Origin: a virus
Taxonomy: Duplodnaviria > Caudoviricetes
Reading direction: 5' to 3' (one strand)
IMG/VR virus record: IMGVR_UViG_3300021197_001961
Span: 1-59,055 of that record
DNA: 59,055 nt
Translations under genes and position numbers: made by a program
Notes under the pieces: model-generated
Told to the model about the DNA's origin: nothing
The model's input: only the letters and a program-made list of their open reading frames with translations
The model's database searches: none
Shown here: positions 1 through 10,000 of the stretch, one piece after another
Layout: the number at the start of each line of letters is the position of its first letter
How positions within the stretch are numbered: the first letter of the stretch is position 1

Positions 1-445
1 CATGTCTTGTATATTCTACCTCAAACGAGGGCTCATTGTCAAGCAAATATTTTAAAACTACTTCTTTTGCTTTGGTTCCCTTGGGTATAGTAATACCACA
101 AGATTTACGAGCAGAAGTAGCAGCCAGATAGTCTGGCTCACGATGGAACACTTGAAAACATATCCATGATATTATACCATTATAACGGGATAATGTTGAG
201 AGCGTTTTTGCTGATGAGAAGCCCGATCTGAAAGACTGGAGGGATTGCTCAATGTAAATCTCCTCTATCTTATATTTCTTGCCAATATCAATCAGACGAT
301 CCTCAACCCACGTTGCTTTTGAGATAAGTGTGGGGAAGTGGTTCTTGTTTCTTGTATCCCAAGCAACAGTATAGACGACCTTGCCGTCTTTGTCAACAAC
401 CGTCGCACCAGTGATGCTGGTGCTGACGTCTAATCCTAAAATCAT
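1..445 (-). CDS. RuvC-like (RNase H fold) Holliday junction resolvase, 3' end outside window
   Basis: Not in the ORF track. Hand translation from ATG at 445 (TAATG overlap with the upstream stop) gives MILGLDVSTSITGATVVDKDG...IEEIYIEQSLQSFRSGFSSAKTLSTLSRYNGIISW...ATSARKSCGITIPKGTKAKEVV, open to the window edge. ILGLD-S-TG and IYIE match RuvC catalytic motifs. Confidence 0.75.
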   Translation of the reverse strand, partial: MILGLDVSTSITGATVVDKDGKVVYTVAWDTRNKNHFPTLISKATWVEDRLIDIGKKYKIEEIYIEQSLQSFRSGFSSAKTLSTLSRYNGIISWICFQVFHREPDYLAATSARKSCGITIPKGTKAKEVVLKYLLDNEPSFEVEYTRH

Positions 446-1698
446 TAAAAATCCAGTTTCAACTTGAAAGTAAGATCCCTATCCTCTGTCTTCTTGACAG
501 GAGTTGCCACCTTGGCGACTGCAATAAGGTTTTTATCTTCGTCAAAGATTCCTACCTTTGAGATAAACGTTTGCGGTTTATAACTTCCAGTAGGATCTGT
601 ATAAGGTGATTTTATCGTATTTTTAATCTTTTGTTCACTACTTTCAACATACGCAACAGAACTAGAATAAAACGTCAGGGCGTTGCTTTGAGTTAAGTTG
701 ATATATGTTGGGTTGTTTGAATAATTCAACTCAGCTGCAGGAGCATGGGCGAGCATAGTCACCACTGGAACATAGTTAGTACCAGAGAAGTTTAAATCAA
801 AGCTGGCAGACAATCGCGACAAGTTGGTGTCCGCATCAACAGGGACCCCATCGTTTGCCCCCACTCCGAAATGTAACCACTTTGAGAAGCTAGCTGAGGA
901 TTCATTTGTATAATCAACACTAGCTGAGTTGTCTAAATTCCAACTTCCAGTCAACAATGCAAAGCCTTCATTGTAAAGAACAACACCGGCAACACTACCA
1001 GAGCCAGTGCTACCAGCTGGTCCAGTCTGTATTAATTCTCCATTTTTATTCTGGTCCTTTAACTCTCCGATCAAAGTTCCAGTTACATAAAATTTTAGGT
1101 TAACACTACCCCTCTTAATTGAAGATCCATAAAATATTGATGGGATGCTGATTAAGTTTGCTTCTTGTGTGCCCTTGTTCCATTCTCCGCCAACAGAAGA
1201 ACTATAATCGTATTGATAGTGAAAGCTTAAAGGAACATAGTAATTTAATGTATTTTTTAGAGAAAGTACATGGTTAGAAGAGTTGTCCCTAGTAGTGCTA
1301 GCGGCGAAATGCTCTCTAGTGACACTTGCAGTCAACGGATAACTACCAGTCATCACATCACCGTAATCAAAATCCTCACTAAAACTGGCTGTTCCAATTG
1401 TAGAAAATGTCTCTAGGGTGCCATTTTTTGTCAAAAAGGGATAAATTAGCCCATTATTGATAACACCGTTAGTTAAGGGTATGAACTGTCCAGTGCTTGA
1501 TGAAACCCTGTCGACATTTAATTCATATAGGCTAACAGAGCCTGTGTATCCGACGGGGACACTGCCCGTAAAAGCTCCGCTTATATTTGATTGTTGATTT
1601 ATAAAAACAGAAGAGTTGTAAATTAAAAACTCTTGCTGAGGATAAGTCTTTATCCGATTGTAAAATATGTCAGTTTCTTTAAACTTGTAATATGGCAT
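445..1698 (-). CDS. Putative virion structural (tail/baseplate) protein, 417 aa; paralog of 1720..2787
   Basis: Ser/Thr/Gly-rich, beta-type composition. C-terminus LNYSNNPTY...FISKVGIFDEDKNLIAVAKVATPVKK...LTFKLKLDF is shared with the neighbouring gene and resembles the C-half of phage tail-collar domains. Lies in the structural module. Confidence 0.65.
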   Translation of the reverse strand: MPYYKFKETDIFYNRIKTYPQQEFLIYNSSVFINQQSNISGAFTGSVPVGYTGSVSLYELNVDRVSSSTGQFIPLTNGVINNGLIYPFLTKNGTLETFSTIGTASFSEDFDYGDVMTGSYPLTASVTREHFAASTTRDNSSNHVLSLKNTLNYYVPLSFHYQYDYSSSVGGEWNKGTQEANLISIPSIFYGSSIKRGSVNLKFYVTGTLIGELKDQNKNGELIQTGPAGSTGSGSVAGVVLYNEGFALLTGSWNLDNSASVDYTNESSASFSKWLHFGVGANDGVPVDADTNLSRLSASFDLNFSGTNYVPVVTMLAHAPAAELNYSNNPTYINLTQSNALTFYSSSVAYVESSEQKIKNTIKSPYTDPTGSYKPQTFISKVGIFDEDKNLIAVAKVATPVKKTEDRDLTFKLKLDF

Positions 1699-1706
1699 AA
1701 CATAAG

Positions 1707-1714
1707 TAAATAGT
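1707..1714 (-). promoter_or_regulatory. Putative phage late promoter motif ACTATTTA
   Basis: TAAATAGT on + strand in the 21-bp gap upstream of 445..1698. The same octamer recurs in other intergenic gaps. Confidence 0.55.
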
Positions 1715-1719
1715 TTATG

Positions 1720-2787
1720 TTAGTAATCTAGACGCACTCTAAGAGTTAATTCGTTTGTTGGGTCCTTCTTAAGGGGCTCAGAGAGTTTAGCTGTCGCTAG
1801 CAACTCGTTATCTGGACTGTAGAGACCTACTGTCGTAATATAGGAAACTGGCGGGTCTGTTACGCCTTCCTTCACACGAATCTTACTAGCGGTAAGGTAT
1901 GTTGGGTTAGAGGAGTAATTAAAGTCTTTATTGTTTGCCCGACAGAAGTATATTGTTGAGTTTAGTTCTGTTGTGTTGTTATAAGACAAATCATACATTC
2001 TGTGTCGAATTGCATTTGCGGTGTTCTGAATCGAAGCGCCGGTCAAGAAAGAGTTAAAGTCGTTGCTCCCACTCATCTTCATACTACCACTAGCTCCAGA
2101 GGCAACTCCAAATGTCTGGAATATGGAGCCCGAAAGGACAGCAATGCCGGCTTGATAAAACAACAAGCCAACTTTTGTATTTGCCGGCATTGTTGAACCA
2201 GTGCCGTAAAGAATACCGTATTCTCCAGCGGGGGAGTTAACCTTAAACGATGTCGCTGCGTCTGTATCGGTAACAGTGACCAAGCTGTTGAATTCTGTCA
2301 GCGCAGAGGCGCTGGCGAAGGACGCGCTAGCGCCGAGCTTAAGAGTGAACGTGCCCTTCTTGATCTCGTCTTTTGTCAATAGTCTAGCAAAATTTAAGAA
2401 TACACATTCTTTAAGCTTGGTGCCGCCGGCTGATAGATCTCCGTCTTCATCAAACTGCTGTACAGATCCGGTGTAATCAAACCCCATAAGGACCTGGGAC
2501 ATCTCCGTGTAGAGATTGATCTTTTTGTCCTGTTGCGTCCTAGCTGCGGTACCAGATAGATTTGAATTGGAGGCGTAACCTACAGTAATGTCAAAAATGT
2601 GATTTGCTGAAGAGCTTAGGTATGGATAATCGTATACGCTCTGAAACATTCCATGGGAGTAGTTCTTGATGTTCTCATCGGAATATGTTCCGGAGACAAT
2701 TGAGCCAGTAAGCGGAATTGCTTCGTGCAAAAGAGATCTTGTTGATACAACATCATCAGTTCTTAAGGTCTTATAAGTAGTAGCCAT
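1720..2787 (-). CDS. Putative virion structural (tail/baseplate) protein, 355 aa
   Basis: C-terminus FNYSSNPTY...YITTVGLYSPDNELLATAKLSEPLKKDPTNELTLRVRLDY is homologous to 445..1698. Many TGS/SGS/SGT triplets. Confidence 0.65.
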   Translation of the reverse strand: MATTYKTLRTDDVVSTRSLLHEAIPLTGSIVSGTYSDENIKNYSHGMFQSVYDYPYLSSSANHIFDITVGYASNSNLSGTAARTQQDKKINLYTEMSQVLMGFDYTGSVQQFDEDGDLSAGGTKLKECVFLNFARLLTKDEIKKGTFTLKLGASASFASASALTEFNSLVTVTDTDAATSFKVNSPAGEYGILYGTGSTMPANTKVGLLFYQAGIAVLSGSIFQTFGVASGASGSMKMSGSNDFNSFLTGASIQNTANAIRHRMYDLSYNNTTELNSTIYFCRANNKDFNYSSNPTYLTASKIRVKEGVTDPPVSYITTVGLYSPDNELLATAKLSEPLKKDPTNELTLRVRLDY

Positions 2788-2802
2788 TTTCTATCCTTTA
2801 AA

Positions 2803-3741
2803 TTATGGGGACTTAATAAATCTAATTGGAATATCTAGTCTATATCCCGTAGTGACGCCAGAAATTCTAACGTGAGTGTCAATGAATTTCACACTACTGA
2901 CTGTGCCGCCGGCTTGTGCCGGAAGACTTGTAGTGCTACCTAGTCTAGTGAATAAAAAGTCACTCGTTGCTAGCTCTACAGATGAGGCTATTTTGAAAAT
3001 AAGTCTTGTACCTCTTGGACCAGATATTGCGGAAAGCACTGTAGTATCTGACATGTCTTCAAAATAAGCAGCGTCAGTGCCCACAGAGAAAAAGTAAGTC
3101 GCGACATTATCGTCATCAACAAAAGATACTGGTGCGCTGTTGCCCCTTTGGTCGACTATTCCGCCAAACCTATTATCAATTTCGATCATATACTGGGTTT
3201 CAACCAAGTCAGCGTCGAGAGGGTTACGATTTGAAATCTCCGTAGTGTTCAATCCCTGATCTATAGTTATTGGGCTCGGGTCGTTATCATATCCACTGGC
3301 GCCGTGAAAGATTCCAGCAGTATTCATGGAGATTGCATTGGTGGTCGACGGACCTTGTGTGTTCTCGTCAACTGCGACAAGGTAAGACCCAGAATAAAAA
3401 TCCTCGCGACCTTGTGCAGCTTGAGCCACAGCCAATACAGGTAGATACAGAATGTTTGTTCTCCCAACCGACAACAGCTTTGACTTCAAGAAGGATGAAT
3501 TATTAGTGAATGCCTCTAGAACTGGGCTCTGTAGGATCTGAATATCATAGTAAGCGCTACCACTTGGGTGGGCGCCTTGTGAACTGTTCGCATTCCTATA
3601 GAGCGAATAGTCAATTTCATCATCTGCAAAGGCAAATTTAGTAATCCTGAAACTACCGTCGCCTCTTGATAATCTTTCTCTGCCTAAGTCTGTTAATACT
3701 GCGTCGAGGATTATATCCCCAGAGTTGTCCAAAAACGCCAT
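2803..3741 (-). CDS. Putative virion structural protein, 312 aa
   Basis: N-terminus DAVLTDLGRERLSRGDGSFRITKFAFADDEIDY resembles the N-terminus of 10613..11617 and of tail-collar-type domains. SD-like GAGG upstream. Confidence 0.6.
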   Translation of the reverse strand: MAFLDNSGDIILDAVLTDLGRERLSRGDGSFRITKFAFADDEIDYSLYRNANSSQGAHPSGSAYYDIQILQSPVLEAFTNNSSFLKSKLLSVGRTNILYLPVLAVAQAAQGREDFYSGSYLVAVDENTQGPSTTNAISMNTAGIFHGASGYDNDPSPITIDQGLNTTEISNRNPLDADLVETQYMIEIDNRFGGIVDQRGNSAPVSFVDDDNVATYFFSVGTDAAYFEDMSDTTVLSAISGPRGTRLIFKIASSVELATSDFLFTRLGSTTSLPAQAGGTVSSVKFIDTHVRISGVTTGYRLDIPIRFIKSP

Positions 3742-3762
3742 CTTATTACCTCTTCATAAGTA

Positions 3763-3807
3763 TAATTAGTGATTTTTCAATCATTTTGCCTTTTTATTTT
3801 AAATAGT
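3763..3807 (-). promoter_or_regulatory. Putative tandem late promoter motifs ACTATTTA (3800-3807) and variant ACTAATTA (3763-3770)
   Basis: Both lie in the 90-bp AT-rich gap upstream of 2803..3741. Confidence 0.5.
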
Positions 3808-3831
3808 ATCTGGAATAGAAAATATGATTAA

Positions 3832-6800
3832 CTAGTAGCCTGGAAGGGTAGGAGTGCCGGTGACCGCTGTTGCGGTCGTAGTCCCGGCTCCTCCTGCGGC
3901 GGCGCTATTACCACCCAGCTCTACCTCCATTGCAACAAAGGGATCATACTTCTTCTTAAATGTAATATTTAAGTCCAACTTCTTACCTGTCTTTCTCGAT
4001 GTTACTCTAATTTTAAATTTCTTTCCCCAAACCTTTTCATCTTCAAGCCCCAAAGGTAAATTAGTGTCCGAAGGCGCACGGTCTAAAGACCTGCCGTCGT
4101 TTGCCTCTATTAAAGCGGCTCCGTCCAGCTGACTTTGTGCTAAGGTTGGCGTGATTTGTAAAAATCTATTAACCTTCTTTAGTGGGACCTTCACGCTATC
4201 TATGCTCTCAAACTCAATAACCCTGACGGATGGGTAAACAGCCCCGTCATTGTTAATCAGCTCGACCTCATAAACTGGGCTAGGGTGAGAAGCATGTCCA
4301 TGCAAATCTAAAGCTCTAAACATATAATAATATTTTTTATTGGGCTGTATTAAATCTCTAAGCGCAGCTGAAGATGCTGGTCTAAACCCATTCTGTTCCG
4401 ATTCCGTCTTAACTGTTGCTCTAAAATTGTCTTTAAAGTCTTCGTAGCTATACGGCTTTGTTTCCATCCTATAGACTTCAAATTGTGTCGATGGGTCATC
4501 ATTCGTATATCGAATCTTTTTCTCACTTGGGTCGACTATCATCTCCTGAAGTCTCAAAACATATAGTTGTTCCTCTGGGTTAAAGATAATTGGCTCGAAC
4601 TCCTCTGAGCCGGCTCCTGTATTCATTAATAACAATATTTGGTAATCAACACCGCGGTAAGGCACAACATCTATTTCAGGAGGCATTGGCGGAGAATCAA
4701 GCATTGTGCCACGACCAAAGGACACGTCTCCGTCATATGGTCTCGCAAAAGGCAGCTCAATTATCTTTATCGACGGTCTTGTCTCTGTGGTGAACTGAGC
4801 AACATATGGACTCCATACAGATCCCGCGGAATTGTAACCAACCGTTGTACCGCCCATAACTTCCTCGATGTCGGGTGCTCCTGCCCCGTGGTCGAGATCG
4901 GGCAGGGTGGATGATCCCCCGTCAAGGTCGTCAGGGATGCCAGCGCCCATAGTACCAGCTATAGCGCCGGCGGCGGTGCCCGTCTCCCTTCTTGCTGCAG
5001 CGCGAGCGCGAGCTGCCTCCGCTGCCGCACTCCCAGGGGCGCTAGAAGTTCCAGTTCGCTCATCTCGCGGAGGAGAATCGTCTGAAGAGGATGCGGGAAT
5101 ATCGGTCCTTGTTGTGGAGGAAGCCGCGAAGAGATCAAAAGGTTTAAAATCGCCCGCTAGTGTTGTTGACTGAATTGGAGTACCGTCGGCTGCGAATTCG
5201 TTTGGCGGACCTAGGTTCCACTGGAGCGCTCGACCAGTAATGTAGCGCGTCTCTGACCCCACAACAAGCCTGCATGTGTAGATCTCATACTGATAGGTTC
5301 TATTATACCTCATCTGGGTATCAATGAGGTTTATTCTCGCTAGCGACTCTGGTGTATTTAGGACAAAATAGCTCTTTATTGGATAGAGCCCCCTGATTCC
5401 CCTCTCATTGACTGTATATTTATTAATTCTATAAAACAGATCTTCAGAATAAGCCCGATCGCCGCGAAGGACCTCTTGATAATTTCTTAAATATGTGCTC
5501 ACTAGATTGGTGGTAATGGTTTGAATCTCCTCCATATCACTAGCTAAGCCAGGATCAGCATCGCTCGGGAAAGGCGTATCTTCAATACCAAGACCATTGA
5601 AGTTTTTCAAAAACACGAAATTAGCATTTTCAGTTATTGTTGGATCAATTGACCCAAACAATTCCAGCCATTCTTGAAAATCATACACCCTTCGTTGTGT
5701 ACCGACAGGTTGATTTTCAATAAACGGGTATCTCCGCCCTGCTTGATTTACACGTTGGTGCTTCTCGACAAATGATAAGTTAGAAGAGAATTGGGCGCTG
5801 GAAAAAGGACCTGCTGCGCCGTCAAGCTGCTGAAAGTCTGAAACAGTGTCCCTCATAAGATTGTTTAATGCACGAACTTCACCCACTTCAGTTATAAAAT
5901 CTCCAGAATTAATCTGAGGATAGTCTATTTCTGTATACATTGGGAACAACACCTTGTAAGAATTATAGCTTTCTTGTGCTAACTTTTGCGTGGTTCTTGG
6001 CACGATTATGTTCTTGTATCGCAAGGTAAGCTCATCCAAGACTTCAGCAGAGTTTGGATTCAGAACTGGAACGCCGTTTGCAGCGACACCATAGAAAAAA
6101 GCCCATCTATCAAAATATTTAGCCGCGTCACTTTCCCCAACCTTCTCGCGAGCGGGTCCAGTTCCCCTCATACTATTAATGAATACGCCCGGTATAGTTC
6201 TGTCTAATGTGATAAAGTCACTATAGATAAAGTCCTCATTATAACCTGGCTGTAAAAGGTCTGGGGTGAACGGATTTATTTCGTAAGCCAGCGTTCCCAA
6301 ACTTGCTAAAAATGAGGTGCCTTCGCCGGCGGTCTGTTCTCGGTTTTTTTCAAGATAAAATACATATAGGTCAGGATATAAGGCTTCCTGAATCTGTGTT
6401 ATTGCATTTTCATATTGCCTCATATAATAGTTATACGTATAGGTGGTTCGAGCGACGGAGATATTGGATATATTCCCATCCATGTAGAGCTCTTCTTGCG
6501 GAGTAAATGGCTGATTGTACTCTAGCGCATGATCTAGATAGCTAGACCCAACGGCGGGTTGATAGTTTTCTAAGCAATAGTTAAACCAGGACTCTAGCCC
6601 ACTAAACTGACCCCTGTTACCAAAGATTCTTACCGTATTTATATGACCTCCGAATGGAAAATCTGCAGACGGTAGGCGGGGTGTGGACGTCATTATTTCG
6701 CCCCTCACAATTGTATTTGTGTCATCATACCCCGGTGCCGAGGCGGGCACACGACCCCACTCAAGCGTTGTTCCGATGTCAGGGGCTCGGTATACCCAGA

Positions 6801-7029
6801 GAGCCTGGAAGTCTCTTCTTATGGGATCAGTTGATGGTCCAATTCCGTCAACAGTGTTGTGCTTATCGACAACCACGCTATTTTTTGAATTCGATGAAAC
6901 CCCGAAAGCGCTTCCAGCGCCGAGTTCTAATGCCGTAAGTGGTATGGTAAGAATACTCTCTGTATCAGTGACGCCAGCGTCTTCGGTTATCGGAAAGTCT
7001 GGTGTGCCAGGTGGTGTTGTAGTGCCCAT
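3832..7029 (-). CDS. Large putative virion protein, 1065 aa, with Fn3-like segments and a low-complexity insertion
   Basis: Long ORF in the structural module. DLIQPNKKYYYMFRALDLHGHASHPSP and DTQMRYNRTYQYEIY resemble fibronectin-III strand patterns. A/G/S/D-rich insert at about 4850-5130. Confidence 0.55.
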   Translation of the reverse strand: MGTTTPPGTPDFPITEDAGVTDTESILTIPLTALELGAGSAFGVSSNSKNSVVVDKHNTVDGIGPSTDPIRRDFQALWVYRAPDIGTTLEWGRVPASAPGYDDTNTIVRGEIMTSTPRLPSADFPFGGHINTVRIFGNRGQFSGLESWFNYCLENYQPAVGSSYLDHALEYNQPFTPQEELYMDGNISNISVARTTYTYNYYMRQYENAITQIQEALYPDLYVFYLEKNREQTAGEGTSFLASLGTLAYEINPFTPDLLQPGYNEDFIYSDFITLDRTIPGVFINSMRGTGPAREKVGESDAAKYFDRWAFFYGVAANGVPVLNPNSAEVLDELTLRYKNIIVPRTTQKLAQESYNSYKVLFPMYTEIDYPQINSGDFITEVGEVRALNNLMRDTVSDFQQLDGAAGPFSSAQFSSNLSFVEKHQRVNQAGRRYPFIENQPVGTQRRVYDFQEWLELFGSIDPTITENANFVFLKNFNGLGIEDTPFPSDADPGLASDMEEIQTITTNLVSTYLRNYQEVLRGDRAYSEDLFYRINKYTVNERGIRGLYPIKSYFVLNTPESLARINLIDTQMRYNRTYQYEIYTCRLVVGSETRYITGRALQWNLGPPNEFAADGTPIQSTTLAGDFKPFDLFAASSTTRTDIPASSSDDSPPRDERTGTSSAPGSAAAEAARARAAARRETGTAAGAIAGTMGAGIPDDLDGGSSTLPDLDHGAGAPDIEEVMGGTTVGYNSAGSVWSPYVAQFTTETRPSIKIIELPFARPYDGDVSFGRGTMLDSPPMPPEIDVVPYRGVDYQILLLMNTGAGSEEFEPIIFNPEEQLYVLRLQEMIVDPSEKKIRYTNDDPSTQFEVYRMETKPYSYEDFKDNFRATVKTESEQNGFRPASSAALRDLIQPNKKYYYMFRALDLHGHASHPSPVYEVELINNDGAVYPSVRVIEFESIDSVKVPLKKVNRFLQITPTLAQSQLDGAALIEANDGRSLDRAPSDTNLPLGLEDEKVWGKKFKIRVTSRKTGKKLDLNITFKKKYDPFVAMEVELGGNSAAAGGAGTTTATAVTGTPTLPGY

Positions 7030-7031
7030 TT

Positions 7032-10000
7032 TTAGTATCCTCCTCTAGATCTGCCGGAACCTCTGCGTGCATCGGAAGGCTCGTCGGAAATAGTGGAACT
7101 TGAGCGGCGTGAGCTGACTGGTTGTTGCTGGCGGCGCGCGGTGCGCTGACGAGGCTGCTGCGCAGGTTGTTGCTGAGATTGCTGGCGCTGTTGACGCTGC
7201 TGTTGCTGTGCCCTAGGGCTATTTTCAAGTCCGGTCGTAACTCGCATAGAGTTAGTCGGTGCGCGATATGGAGCTGTTATTAGATATTCCATGTGACCAT
7301 CGATGGAGGCATCAGCTTGCGCGCGCCTAGTTAATTCTGCTGCGATCTGGGATTCCGTACCACCATATATTGACCTAGAGTCAATTGAAGGAATGCCGCC
7401 GTCACTGCGTGATCGGCTTCGATTTACTGGTATGACTCTAGTCCTAGGTTGTGCGCTGTTTTCTCTAGCTGTTAACAAGAAATATTCGTTATAAACGGGA
7501 AGCTGATCAAGCATATGAAAGGTGCCGATATCTGTATTTGGGTCCGTATATTTCTTAATCCTACAAAGTAATGCGCCGTTTAATCCGTCAATGGTTTGCT
7601 CTGTTAGAGTGATCCAGTTTGGAGATTTACCGTAGCCCGCTGTATAACCAGACAGATATTCTATCTTTCTTAGCATTCCAAAATTATACATAAATCCATC
7701 AGTTTCGGAGTCATTCTGAGTTGATACGGCTGCCGCACTATCATTATAGAACTGATTTCTATTAAGTGTTAAGGACTTTATTTGTTGAGGGAGATTTCTT
7801 ATCAAAATATTTGGGTCCACTGCATGTCCCGCTGACAGGATTCTTGTAGAAATAAAATTATTTTCCGACTCCAGATCAAAGGAGAAGGTCTGTCGACGGG
7901 GGACATCCAATCCTTCCGTGGCACTTGTTGCCCTAACTCTATTACGAGTTGTTCGTCGGGTTGTTGCTGCCCCAGCGGCGGGTCGAGTGGCAGAAGTGGC
8001 GGGCACAGAAGAGCGTCCAGGCGAGGATGCTTCGTTCAATACTTCTCGCGTTGGCTCTATTACTGCAGTCGTTTCGCTAGTGAATCTGCCGTCGCTTCCA
8101 AAATATTCTTCTGAGGAGCGTCGTTGTTGGGGGGCTCTCTCTTGGCGGCGACGTGAGGCACGAGATGGACGGGGTGATTCCGAGGACCGGCGGGTCTGCG
8201 GTGAGCGCCTAGAAGACAGCCCTTGGTGCCGAGAGGTTTCTGATTCCATTGTGCCTAGGGCATCTAATCTATCTTGACTTGGACCGGATCCCAGACGACT
8301 CGTTAGTGCAGTTGCAGTGGCGGCTCGACTTGTAAAAGATCGTGAAGATGGATTGTCCAGCACATTCTGTATAATTGATGTAGCAGAAATGTAGTCTAGA
8401 CTGTCGACATTTTGGGATAACAAGGGGAGGGTCGTTCCTTGGAGATCTACTGAATTTGGCGCGATATAAGAGTATAATGTCTCTTCGGAGGTTAGAGCGC
8501 TAATCGCATCTTCATTCAAAAATCTAATCCCCAGCAGATCTTGCTGTGAGAACCTATTACCGCGATATCTATTCGCCTCTACGGTGATTCTGTCCCTTAG
8601 TTGCTCCCTCCGAAGTGTTAATATGCCGCCCGGGGGGTCAATTTGACTAGGGGTCGGGCTGGGGACTTCAAAATAATCAAAGCCTGTACCGGATAAAACA
8701 TTGCAATCAAATACCTGCTGAAAATGTATCTCATCGGTTAAGAAACGAGGAGCGGAGCCCTGAGAGACGGAGCTTCGAGCGGGCTCTCCAGCTGTTTGGT
8801 GTGATTGACGACCGTCACTAGCAATTGAACTAATTTTGATGTCTAGTTCCCTCATCAACTGCAAGAGAAGCGAGAGCCCCTCACTAGTGCCGGTACTTGG
8901 AGATACAAGAGAATATAGGCAATCTGCTAATTCAGTCTTGTGAGCTTGAGTTATATTCGTCACCAAATTGAGAATCTCTATGTATTTGACGATTGCTGCT
9001 AACCATGGTAACGTTGATTCTTCTGTCCTGCGGCTACTCATTCTGTTGATAAAATCAACTGTATATCGCCTGGTCCTTCGGTTGTAATTGTTGGGTCGCT
9101 CAGCAATGGAAAGATAGTTTTCTAAAACGTTTATGGCTAAAGATAATTCTTCTGCCTTTCCAGCCATGTAGCTTGCCGCTCCGTCATTAACTCGAAGTCT
9201 TATATGGTATTTGTAAATCCCAGCATTTAAATTTGCGATCCTTGCATCGACAGCCGCGAAGGTTCTGAACCTTCCTGTATTCTCGACCGCAACTTCCTCA
9301 ATTTTTCCAAACATCTTATATTGATCCGAAACAGGGTCCCCTGAGTTTATCTCAATGCTTCGATTATTGGGCGCTCCAGGTATATAATATTTTGCTCGTG
9401 GTTGAATTGCTCCGTTTGTATCATAGGAGGTCACTACAGCTACAGGCGCCTCCCTCTCATTAACATACTGGATTTCATCACTTCCTAGCGAAGTCGTACC
9501 TCTTGCCGCCCTAACTTTTTGTCTAACAACTGACAACTCTAGAATACTAGACTGTTGCATTAGCTGTGTCCTTAGTGCCGGTGTGGCTGTAGAATACAGT
9601 CCTCCAAATTTAGAATTTTGCTCCATATATCTAATATGGTCTAAGCCAAGCAATAAGATAGAGTTTCCGTTTTGGTCTCGTGTTAGATACAGTTCTGTCG
9701 TGTAAGTCTCATTCTGCTCTGTCGTAGGTATTACCGGAGAGATATCTACTTCCAACTCTTGCACCCTGTTTATAATCCGAACATCAGATATCTTGCTATT
9801 GAAAAACTGTGTTCTTGTTAGATTATCATGCTGACGGCTTGTATGAAAAGCTCCTTCCATCCACCCCGTTCCGCGATGAAAGTGAATTGGACCTGGCCAA
9901 ACATTGCCGGCTGTATCTGTGTAGCCGTATGTGTCCTTAACTATTGAAGAGTTTGCTATAACCCTCTCTGTCACTATTGGGCTATGCGCGTTCAGTATAC

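Noticed and set aside
3770-3783. Small hairpin TGATT-GAAA-AATCA (minus strand) between the two promoter-like motifs
   Set aside because: Five-bp AT-rich stem with no U-tract. Not supportable as a terminator.
4868-8277. Ala/Arg/Ser-rich plus-strand ORFs at 4868..5173 and 7918..8277
   Set aside because: They mirror the GC-rich low-complexity inserts of the minus-strand genes, where antisense stops are naturally scarce.
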